From NCBI GenBank assembly GCA_964509845.1, contig CAZDZG010000003.1, forward strand, positions 1 to 45,829: DNA of 45,829 nt, read 5' to 3'. The stretch comes from Candidatus Hadarchaeota archaeon (lineage in GTDB: Archaea > Hadarchaeota > Hadarchaeia > Hadarchaeales > WYZ-LMO6). The position numbers and the translations under genes are program-made. This document shows positions 9,472-16,650 of the stretch, in pieces (positions within the stretch are counted from its first letter, which is position 1; every line of letters starts with the position of its first letter). Under the pieces are notes generated by a model. That model was not told the DNA's origin and searched no databases. It saw only the letters and a list, made by a program, of their open reading frames with translations.

Positions 9472-11462
9472 CCCTTGACCACCCTCGTGACGTAGCCCTG
9501 CTTGGGCTCGTAGAGGAAACCGTCCCTCTTTTCCTCCTCTATCACCCTCAGGGTGAAGTTCTCCTCTATTCCCTCTTCCCTGGCCCTCTTCACTATTTCC
9601 TCCACCGGCGCCATGCCCCCGTGCTTGTTCTCCACCTCCGCAATCAGATCCATTATCCTGAGGATCTTGTCCCGCTGCGACTTGCTCCTGCCCGTCATCA
9701 CCAGGTCTATGTCCAGCTTTCCCGTGGAGGTGTCGAAGCCCGCCTCGCGCAGGTACTTGGAGATGAGCTCGATCGCCCTGCTCACATCCTCCTCCGTCAC
9801 CTCCTGCCTGAAGTGCATCCTGGCGCTCGCCTTGGCCAGCCTTATCATGGCCTCCAGCTGCCTGGGGGTGATGGGAACGGGTGCCTCCCCCCTCTCCGCC
9901 ACGCTCCTGTTCCTGACGTAGAACTCCTCCATCTTCTTAAGGACCTTCTCATCCTTGAGCTTGGGGTGGATGTACTTCTTGGCGTAGATTATCAGCTTCC
10001 TCAGCGTTTCGGAGTCGATGGGGGGTTTGGCCACCTCCGGCTTCCTGTGGAGCTCCAGCATGTGCCTGGCTATCTTCTTGTCCCTCTCGCTCTGCGGCTC
10101 ATCCCGCAGGATGAAGATGAGGTCGAATCTGGAGAGGATCACGGGCTCCAGGCCTATCTGCTGAACCAGGTTGCGGGTCCGATCCAACCTCCCCATCTTG
10201 GGGTTGGAAGCGGCGAGGACGGAGGTGCGGCAGTTCAGGGTGGCCACGATCCCGGCCTTGGCCACCGAGATGGTCTGCTGCTCCAGCGCCTCCAGGATGG
10301 CGCTTCTGTCCTCCTCCGACATCTTGTCGAACTCGTCTATGCAGGCCACCCCCCCATCCGCTATCACCAGGGCTCCGGCCTCAAGCGTCCACCCTCCCCC
10401 CAGCTCGTCCCTGACCGCCGTCGCCGTGAGCCCGGCCCCCGTGGCCTTCTTGCCGGAGGTGTAAAGGCCCCTGGGGGCCACGCTTGCCGTCCAGGTTAGC
10501 AGCATGCTCTTGGCAACCCCGGGATCCCCCGTGAGGAGGATGTGGATGTCCCCCCTGATCCTGGTCCTGTCGGGAAGCTGAAGGGGATCGCAGCCGAAGA
10601 GCATGAGGGCTATCCCCTCCTTCACGGCCTCATATCCGTGAACACTCGGTGCTATGGACCGGATGATCTTGTCGTAGAGCCAGGGATCCTTGATCATCTC
10701 CCTGATCTTCCGCTCATCCTCCTCCGTGAGCTCGGTCTCCTCCACCCCCTTCTGCTGGACCTCCAGGTACGAGATGTCCAGGATCTTCCGGAAGGTCTTC
10801 CTCTTCTGCCTGGGACCTCCCTCCTGGAAGACCTCCAGGATTCCGCTCGCGACCACGTGGTTTCCCGGAACGGCCACGTCCACCAGGTCGTCCCTCACGA
10901 TGCAGTCCAGCATCATGGGCATGCGTCCCCCCCTCAGCTCCTCATGCCTCTCCTGAATCCTCAGGCTCTGCCAGTCCCTGAACTCGGACTTCTCCACCTC
11001 AAGCTTGAAGGGCCCCCTCCTCTTGCAGTTGGGGTTCTGGCAGCTGAGGGGCTCCCTGTAGCTCTCCTCGCTCTGCAGCACCGGGTTGAGCTCGCCGCAG
11101 TGAAGACACTTGAAGAGGGCCTCCCTGAGCTCAGGCTTTATCTCGCTGGCCCTGGTGAGAATGCCCTCCACCTGGATGAACTTCCCCACGTGCTCCGCCC
11201 TGAGGTCCCTGATCTTGACGGTCTCCCCCGCCCCCCTCACCCTGAGCTGCATCTTGGGGCGGCCGGTGATCTCCACCAGCAGCTCGTTGGCTATGCGGAA
11301 GAAGTGGCGGGGGGATTCCAGCAGGGCCTCCGCCAGGGTCTTCTTCCCTTCCCACTCGGAGGTCGCCAGCTCGTCGAAGGTCAGAACTAAAGAGTTCTCC
11401 CCCTTCGCCTCCGCGTTCTTCAGCCTCCTTACCATTTCCTTCTGCGAGAAGAACTCCCTCAA
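9468..11462 (-). CDS. mcm: MCM replicative helicase
   Basis: 664-aa ORF. It has a zinc finger (CLHCG...CQNPNC), Walker A GDPGVAKS, Walker B CIDEFDK and arginine finger SRFDL. The ORF-track start is TTG and the true start is uncertain. Confidence 0.95.
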   Translation of the reverse strand: MREFFSQKEMVRRLKNAEAKGENSLVLTFDELATSEWEGKKTLAEALLESPRHFFRIANELLVEITGRPKMQLRVRGAGETVKIRDLRAEHVGKFIQVEGILTRASEIKPELREALFKCLHCGELNPVLQSEESYREPLSCQNPNCKRRGPFKLEVEKSEFRDWQSLRIQERHEELRGGRMPMMLDCIVRDDLVDVAVPGNHVVASGILEVFQEGGPRQKRKTFRKILDISYLEVQQKGVEETELTEEDERKIREMIKDPWLYDKIIRSIAPSVHGYEAVKEGIALMLFGCDPLQLPDRTRIRGDIHILLTGDPGVAKSMLLTWTASVAPRGLYTSGKKATGAGLTATAVRDELGGGWTLEAGALVIADGGVACIDEFDKMSEEDRSAILEALEQQTISVAKAGIVATLNCRTSVLAASNPKMGRLDRTRNLVQQIGLEPVILSRFDLIFILRDEPQSERDKKIARHMLELHRKPEVAKPPIDSETLRKLIIYAKKYIHPKLKDEKVLKKMEEFYVRNRSVAERGEAPVPITPRQLEAMIRLAKASARMHFRQEVTEEDVSRAIELISKYLREAGFDTSTGKLDIDLVMTGRSKSQRDKILRIMDLIAEVENKHGGMAPVEEIVKRAREEGIEENFTLRVIEEEKRDGFLYEPKQGYVTRVVKG

Positions 11463-11625
11463 CTTTTCCTTCAGTCCCTCCTCAAGTATGGCAGGCTCCA
11501 GAAAATCACCCCCTTTGCCCCGTTTTCGCGATCCCGTTTAAGCGAAGTGGTGCTAAGAGAGCACCCTTTTCCTTTCAAATGGGGAAAATTTTTTCCGTCG
11601 AAAAAAATTGGATATACCATTTTTT

Positions 11626-11645
11626 CACCCCTCCGTTCCCTCCTT
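11626..11645 (-). promoter_or_regulatory. half-ORB-like element (GGGAACGGAGGGGTG) in the mcm operon leader
   Basis: Plus strand CACCCCTCCGTTCCC matches ORB-a plus strand CACCCCTTCGTTTCC at 13 of 15 positions, but the TCCA dyad arm is missing. It lies next to an AT-rich tract. Confidence 0.3.
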
Positions 11646-11709
11646 CTCGTGTTTTTACTTCTGTAACAAATTTCTTCCGGAGAGAGAGGTGACCCGAAGT
11701 TTTGAATCC

Positions 11710-13014
11710 CTAGCGGAGCCTGATGTACTCGTAGGCCTCGGCCGCCGAGTCAAAGGCGTAGTGGATCTTGGTAAACTCCTTTCTGAACTCCCTCACCTCC
11801 TGAGCCACCCTTTCCGGGGCCTCCCCCTTCACCACCACCCGCAGGATGAATTCCGCCACCCTCCCCATTTCCTCCTCCTTCATTCCCAGCCTGGTGACCT
11901 CCGAGACCCCCAGCCTTATCCCGCCCGGATTCCGGTAATTCCTCCCCTCCCTGATGTCCCAAGGCAGAAGGTTTCTGTTCACCAGGATGTTGGCCCTCTC
12001 CAGCTTCTCCTCCACCGCCCTTCCCCCTCCCTCCCTCACCACCTCCACCAGGATGGTGTGGGAGGAGGTGAAGCCCAGCTCGGCCGCCAGCACCCTCATC
12101 CCCCCATCGTAGAGCTCCTGGGCCAGGGCCCTGGCGTTCCTTACTATCTGGGAGGCATACTCCCTGCCGAACTCCAGCATCTCGGCCAGGGCCACGTTCA
12201 GGGCGGCCACGCAGTGAAGGTGGTGATTGCTCACCACTCCCGGGAAGACCGCCCTGTTCACCCTCTCGGCCAGCTCCTTCCTGCACAGGATCATGCCGTG
12301 CTGGGGGCCGGGGAGGGTTTTGTGGGTGCTGCAGGTCATCACGTCCGCTCCCTCGCGGAGGGGATCCTGGAACTGCTTGCCCGCTATCAGCCCGGCCACG
12401 TGGGCCGCGTCGTACCCTATGTAGGCTCCCACCTCATCGGCCACCTCCCGGAGCTCCCGCACGGGGTGGGGGAAAAGCATCACACTTCCGCCGAACAGGA
12501 GGAGCTTGGGCTTCAGCTCCCTGACCTTTTTGGTGGCCTCCCCCACCTCTATGTTCATCCTCTTCTCATCAAAGGGCCAGTACTCCACCTCCAGGCCGTG
12601 GACGGCTCCCGCCGTGCCCCCCAGCTTCTTCCTTCCCATGCTTATGTGCCCCCCGGACGGTATGGAGAGGCACATCATCGTGTCCCCGGGCTCGGTCAGG
12701 GAGGTGTACATGGCCAGGTTGGCCGTAACGCCCGAAACGGGCTGGAGGTTGGCGTGCTCGGCCCCGAAGAGCTCCTTCGCCAGCTCTATCCCCAGCAGCT
12801 CCACCTCGTCTATGTACCTGCAGCCGGCGTACACCCTTTCCCCGGGCCATCCCTCCGCGTATCTGTGCTGGAAATCGGTGATCAGGGCCTCCCTCACGGC
12901 CAGGCTGGTGATGTTCTCGCTGGCTATCAGGTTTATCGTTCCCTTCATCCACTCGTGGTGTTTGCGCAGGAGTTCGAAGGTCCTGTCAAAGGCTTCCCTG
13001 GCTCCCATCCTCAT
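11710..13014 (-). CDS. glyA: serine hydroxymethyltransferase
   Basis: 434-aa ORF with NLIASEN, YAEG, and PLP-lysine context TCSTHKTLPGPQ. ATGA overlap with thrC. Confidence 0.95.
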   Translation of the reverse strand: MRMGAREAFDRTFELLRKHHEWMKGTINLIASENITSLAVREALITDFQHRYAEGWPGERVYAGCRYIDEVELLGIELAKELFGAEHANLQPVSGVTANLAMYTSLTEPGDTMMCLSIPSGGHISMGRKKLGGTAGAVHGLEVEYWPFDEKRMNIEVGEATKKVRELKPKLLLFGGSVMLFPHPVRELREVADEVGAYIGYDAAHVAGLIAGKQFQDPLREGADVMTCSTHKTLPGPQHGMILCRKELAERVNRAVFPGVVSNHHLHCVAALNVALAEMLEFGREYASQIVRNARALAQELYDGGMRVLAAELGFTSSHTILVEVVREGGGRAVEEKLERANILVNRNLLPWDIREGRNYRNPGGIRLGVSEVTRLGMKEEEMGRVAEFILRVVVKGEAPERVAQEVREFRKEFTKIHYAFDSAAEAYEYIRLR

Positions 13015-14231
13015 GCCAGAATCCCCCTTACCTCCTCCACCTCCACCTCAAGGGGTGCCCCCGCCACCCTCACGATCTCCTCGGGATCCTTCATCAAATT
13101 TCCCGTGGCCACGCAGACCACCACCTCATCCCTGTCCACCTCTCCTGCCTCCACCAGCTTTTTAAGCCCTGCCAGGGAGGCGGCGCTGGCCGGCTCCACC
13201 CCTATTCCCTCCGTCCTCGCCAGCAGGAGCTGGGCCTCCACTATCTCCTCATCCGTAACGCTCTCCGCCGTTCCCCCCGAGTTTCGGATGGCCCTCAGGG
13301 CCTTGGGTCCGTTCACGGGATTACCTATCCTGATGGCCGTGGCTATGGTCTCCGGATTCTCCACCGGGATGAACCTGTCAAGCCCCCTCTTTATGGCATC
13401 CACGATCGGTTTGGCCCCCTCGGCCTGGATGCCCGTCATCCTGGGCATCTCCTTTATCAGGTCCATCCTCTGAAACTCCAGGAAACCCTTGTAGATGGCC
13501 CAGATGTTGGCGCAGTTCCCCATCGGCACCACCACCCTGTCGGGGGGCCTCCAGTCCAGCTGCTCGATCACCTCGAAGGCAAGGGTCTTCTGGCCCTGGG
13601 GTCGGAAGGGGTTCACGGAGTTCAGCAGGTAGGCTCCCCCGGCCTCACACATCTCCCTCACCAGGGAGAGGGCCCTGTCGAAGTTCCCCCGGATGGCCAC
13701 CACCCTGGCCCCGTAGGCCAGGGCCTGGGCGAGCTTCCCCATGGCCACCTTTCCGGCGGGCAGGATCACCAGGCACGGAAGGCCTGCCTTGGCCGCGTAA
13801 GCGGCCAGGGAGGCCGAGGTGTTGCCGGTGGAGGCGCAGGCCACCGCCCTCGCCCCCAGCTCCAAGGCCCTGGTGACCCCCACCGTCATCCCCCTGTCCT
13901 TGAAGGAGCCCGTGGGGTTGGCCCCCTCGTACTTCACGTATATCCCCCGGATCCCCCACCTCTCCTCCAGCCTCCTGCATCGGTAGAGGGGGGTCCCACC
14001 CTCCCCCAGCGTCACTATCTTGCCCTCGTCCTCTATGGGCAGGAGGGGCCTGTACTTCCAGACCCGGAGGGGCTCCCTTTCCCACCTCCCCCTGTCCACC
14101 TTCTCCCTTACCTCCTCCAGATCGAGCTCTATCTCCAGGAGCCCCCCGCAGCGGGGACACTGATACAGGACCAGGTGGGGATCCCACCTGGCCCTGCATT
14201 CAATGCACTCGTACTCGAACCAGGCCCCCAT
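13011..14231 (-). CDS. thrC: threonine synthase
   Basis: 406-aa ORF with an N-terminal zinc ribbon (CIEC...CPRCG), PLP-lysine motif GSFKDRG and ASTGNTSAS. Confidence 0.93.
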   Translation of the reverse strand: MGAWFEYECIECRARWDPHLVLYQCPRCGGLLEIELDLEEVREKVDRGRWEREPLRVWKYRPLLPIEDEGKIVTLGEGGTPLYRCRRLEERWGIRGIYVKYEGANPTGSFKDRGMTVGVTRALELGARAVACASTGNTSASLAAYAAKAGLPCLVILPAGKVAMGKLAQALAYGARVVAIRGNFDRALSLVREMCEAGGAYLLNSVNPFRPQGQKTLAFEVIEQLDWRPPDRVVVPMGNCANIWAIYKGFLEFQRMDLIKEMPRMTGIQAEGAKPIVDAIKRGLDRFIPVENPETIATAIRIGNPVNGPKALRAIRNSGGTAESVTDEEIVEAQLLLARTEGIGVEPASAASLAGLKKLVEAGEVDRDEVVVCVATGNLMKDPEEIVRVAGAPLEVEVEEVRGILA

Positions 14232-14255
14232 TTTCCCCTTTTTTCTCCCGGGAGG

Positions 14256-15260
14256 TTATAGCCTCCCACCCCTCAGAGCCTGGTGGACATCCACCAGGTC
14301 TCCCAGGAGGGAGCTGGAGGTCTCCTGCGGCCCCGCCCCAAAGCCCGTGAGGGTTATCTCCCTCGCCAGATCCAGCTCAAAGGTCACGGCGTTGAGCGTC
14401 CCGCTCACCGCCAGGGGGTGATGGAGGGGAACCAGCTTGGGGCCCACCTCCAGGACCCTCTCCGTCGCCGTGCCCACCAGCCTGACCGCATATCCGGCCT
14501 CCTGCGCCAGACGTATGACCTGCGGGGTGATCCTGGTTATTCCCTCCCTCCTGACATCCTTCAGCTTGACGTTCCTGCCCAGCACGGCGTTGGCCAGGAT
14601 GGTTATCTTGCAGGCCGTGTCCACCCCCTCCAGGTCCAGGCTGGGATCCCTTTCCGCGATCCCCAGCTCCTGGGCCTCCCTGAGCACTATCTCCAGCGGC
14701 ACCTCCTCCTGGCTCATGCGGGTGAGGATGTAGTTGGTGGTGCCGTTGAGCACGCCGCGGATGGCCAGGATCCTGTTCCCCGTCAGGAGCTTCCGGGCAA
14801 AGCCTATGACGGGTATGGCCCCCCCCACCGAAGCCGAGTACCTGAACTCCACCCCCCTCTTCCGGGACAGCTCCTCCAGCTCCCTGAAGGCCACCACCAG
14901 CGGGCCCTTATTGGAGGTGATCACGTGCTTTCCCGACAGCATGGCCTCCTTTATGTGCGTCAGCCCGGGTTCCCCCGTCTCTATGTTGGTGGGGGTGAGC
15001 TCGAAAACCAGCTCACCCTCCACCTCCCTCACCACCTCCCTCCCGCTGATCTTCTTCCCCTCCACCCTCCCCTTCTCCACCAGCCGCAGAAGCTCCTTGG
15101 GGGGAAGACCCTCCTCCCTTACCAGGGCTCCGTTCCTGTCCACCACCGCCGTTATGGTGGGGGAAAGGCCGTACCTCCTGCTGAGAACCTCCCTCTTCTG
15201 CAGCAGGGATCTCACGAGCGCCCTTCCCACGTTCCCGAAGCCCAGCACTATTACCCTCAA
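14256..15260 (-). CDS. hom: homoserine dehydrogenase
   Basis: 334-aa ORF with Rossmann VLGFGNVGRA, ITSNKGP and ASVGGAIPVI motifs. TTGA start/stop overlap with the upstream ACT gene. Confidence 0.9.
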   Translation of the reverse strand: MRVIVLGFGNVGRALVRSLLQKREVLSRRYGLSPTITAVVDRNGALVREEGLPPKELLRLVEKGRVEGKKISGREVVREVEGELVFELTPTNIETGEPGLTHIKEAMLSGKHVITSNKGPLVVAFRELEELSRKRGVEFRYSASVGGAIPVIGFARKLLTGNRILAIRGVLNGTTNYILTRMSQEEVPLEIVLREAQELGIAERDPSLDLEGVDTACKITILANAVLGRNVKLKDVRREGITRITPQVIRLAQEAGYAVRLVGTATERVLEVGPKLVPLHHPLAVSGTLNAVTFELDLAREITLTGFGAGPQETSSSLLGDLVDVHQALRGGRL

Positions 15261-15712
15261 GCCCCCTCCTCCAAAGCCCTCATGAAGAGGAGCCCCCTCT
15301 CCTCGGAAATCCTCTCCAGAAGGGCCAGCACCTCCTCCAGCTCGTCCTCGTTCCTCCCCTCCAGGCTGAGGCGAACGGCCATCTCTCCCTTCCCCATGAG
15401 CAGCCTCATGTCCGAGATCCTGGCCTTGCCCGTCCTGCTCACCCTTTCCGTTATCCCCCTCAGGTCCTCCACCCCCATCCTTCCTGCCATCAGAACCGTC
15501 CTCCCGAAGAACTCCTCCTTTTCCCCCACATACTTTATCCTGACACCCCGGCTCTCCAGCTCCGACAGGATCCTCCTGAACCTCTCCCTGCTACCTATCT
15601 CCAGCACCACCCTAACGGGAACGAAACCGGACTTGGTCTTCTTCTCCCTCCTGTGCACCACGCTCTTGATGTTCCCCCCGAAACGGGAAATGGGTTCTAG
15701 AGCCCTCACCAA
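15257..15712 (-). CDS. ACT-domain regulatory protein (amino-acid metabolism)
   Basis: 151-aa ORF from TTG. An ACT-like first strand and loop (ILVSLELELEDVPGQL) are encoded in frame upstream of that TTG, up to about 15757, so the real start is probably upstream and non-canonical. Confidence 0.7.
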   Translation of the reverse strand: MVRALEPISRFGGNIKSVVHRREKKTKSGFVPVRVVLEIGSRERFRRILSELESRGVRIKYVGEKEEFFGRTVLMAGRMGVEDLRGITERVSRTGKARISDMRLLMGKGEMAVRLSLEGRNEDELEEVLALLERISEERGLLFMRALEEGA

Positions 15713-15775
15713 CTGCCCTGGAACGTCCTCTAGCTCCAGCTCCAGGCTGACTAGAATCTCACTCCCTCCCGTTCC

Positions 15776-16174
15776 TCATCTCCTTCTCTTCGGAATTATC
15801 AGGAGCAGGAGGCCCTCCTTCAGCCTCAGGGTGCGCTCCTCGGGGACGGCCTTGGGGGGGAGCTCGAAGGTGGAGAAGTAGGCCTTTCCGTCCCTCCTCC
15901 TCGCCACCACCTCGATGGCCCTCCCCCTCCTCCTCACCTCCACCCTTTCCCTTTCCACTCCCGGAACGTGCATGCAGAAGATGATCTCCCAAGGTCTCTC
16001 CAGGTAAAGGTATTCCGTTTCAAGCGTTCCCTTTATCTCCCGATCCTCCGATTCCCTGATCCTCCGAACCCCCACCTGTGAGCCACCCGATCCCTTCACC
16101 CCTATCGTTTCACCCCCCTTCTCCATCTCCCCGACCAGCTTCCGTATCTTTTTAAAAAACTCCTCCTCAAACAT
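15776..16174 (-). CDS. hsp20: small heat-shock protein, Hsp20/alpha-crystallin family
   Basis: 132-aa ORF. The alpha-crystallin-like core reads HVPGVERERVEVRRRGRAIEVVARR...YFSTFELP...LRLKEGLLLLIIPK. Confidence 0.7.
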   Translation of the reverse strand: MFEEEFFKKIRKLVGEMEKGGETIGVKGSGGSQVGVRRIRESEDREIKGTLETEYLYLERPWEIIFCMHVPGVERERVEVRRRGRAIEVVARRRDGKAYFSTFELPPKAVPEERTLRLKEGLLLLIIPKRRR

Positions 16175-16210
16175 CTTGGTTATCTGTTCTCCCCACTAAT
16201 AAAGCTTCAG

Positions 16211-16235
16211 CCACCCCTTCGTTTCCACTGGAAAC
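16211..16235 (-). promoter_or_regulatory. ORB-like origin recognition box (ORB-a)
   Basis: The reverse complement reads GTTTCCAGTGGAAACGAAGGGGTGG. This gives a TCCA-N-TGGA dyad, GGAAAC and a G-string. It lies in the hsp20 / LAGLIDADG divergent intergenic region, directly beside the AT-rich tract 16236-16290. Confidence 0.6.
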
Positions 16236-16276
16236 CTCTATCCCTTTTTATGGCTCTTTTTGTGATATATATACAG

Positions 16277-16627
16277 ATGAAGCTTTCGGAGGAGGAAAGG
16301 GGCTGGGTGCTGGGATACTTGGAGGCCAAGGGTTGCTTTTCCCACAACAGGGTGGTCACCAAACGGGGGCTCTACCAGAATCCCGCCTTCTTCGTGACCC
16401 ACAGGGAAAAGGAGCCGCTCCTGCTGCTCAAGGAGAAGACGGGGCTCGGGGAGGTGAGGAGGGCGGGGGGATTGTTTCGGTGGGAGGTGAGGAGGAAGGC
16501 GGAGGTGATGGAGCTCCTGGACCTGCTGGAGGGCGGCCTCAGGCTACCCTCCAAGATCCGTCAGTACGAGAGGTGGAAGAGGGAGGTTCTCCAGTGGAAA
16601 CAGAGGGGGATCCCCAAAGCCTTATAG
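16277..16627 (+). CDS. free-standing single-motif LAGLIDADG-fold protein (catalytic acidic residue replaced by Lys)
   Basis: The ORF track gives 16250-16627. The ATG at 16277 (MKLSEEERGW...) fits a TTTTTA box at about 16244-16249. The motif WVLGYLEAKGCF aligns to LAGLIDADG-[SC]F, and the downstream pattern FFVTH...LLLLKEKTGLGEV...FRWEV...ELLDLL is typical of the fold. Confidence 0.65.
   Translation: MKLSEEERGWVLGYLEAKGCFSHNRVVTKRGLYQNPAFFVTHREKEPLLLLKEKTGLGEVRRAGGLFRWEVRRKAEVMELLDLLEGGLRLPSKIRQYERWKREVLQWKQRGIPKAL
16589..16609 (+). promoter_or_regulatory. ORB-like origin recognition box (ORB-b)
   Basis: CTCCAGTGGAAACAGAGGGGG shares TCCAGTGGAAAC + NN + AGGGG with ORB-a in inverted orientation. 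It lies inside the 3' end of the LAGLIDADG ORF, about 40 nt upstream of the topoisomerase IB start. Confidence 0.6.
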
Positions 16628-16650
16628 CGGGGTAACTTTGGTTGGGGGTG

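Noticed and set aside
11608-13473. Long plus-strand ORFs (this one, and also 14283-15881, 21474-23387, 25117-26811, 28657-30591, 35242-36606, 37319-38878)
   Set aside because: They are antisense to genes with clear homology, have low-complexity P/G/R/H-rich translations, and are the expected stop-poor shadow frames in high-GC DNA.
16211-16609. The ORB pair as terminal inverted repeats of a small mobile element carrying the LAGLIDADG gene
   Set aside because: No target-site duplication flanks the repeats and there is no transposase. The repeats match the ORB architecture (dyad + GGAAAC + G-string) rather than arbitrary TIRs. A past homing event is not fully excluded.
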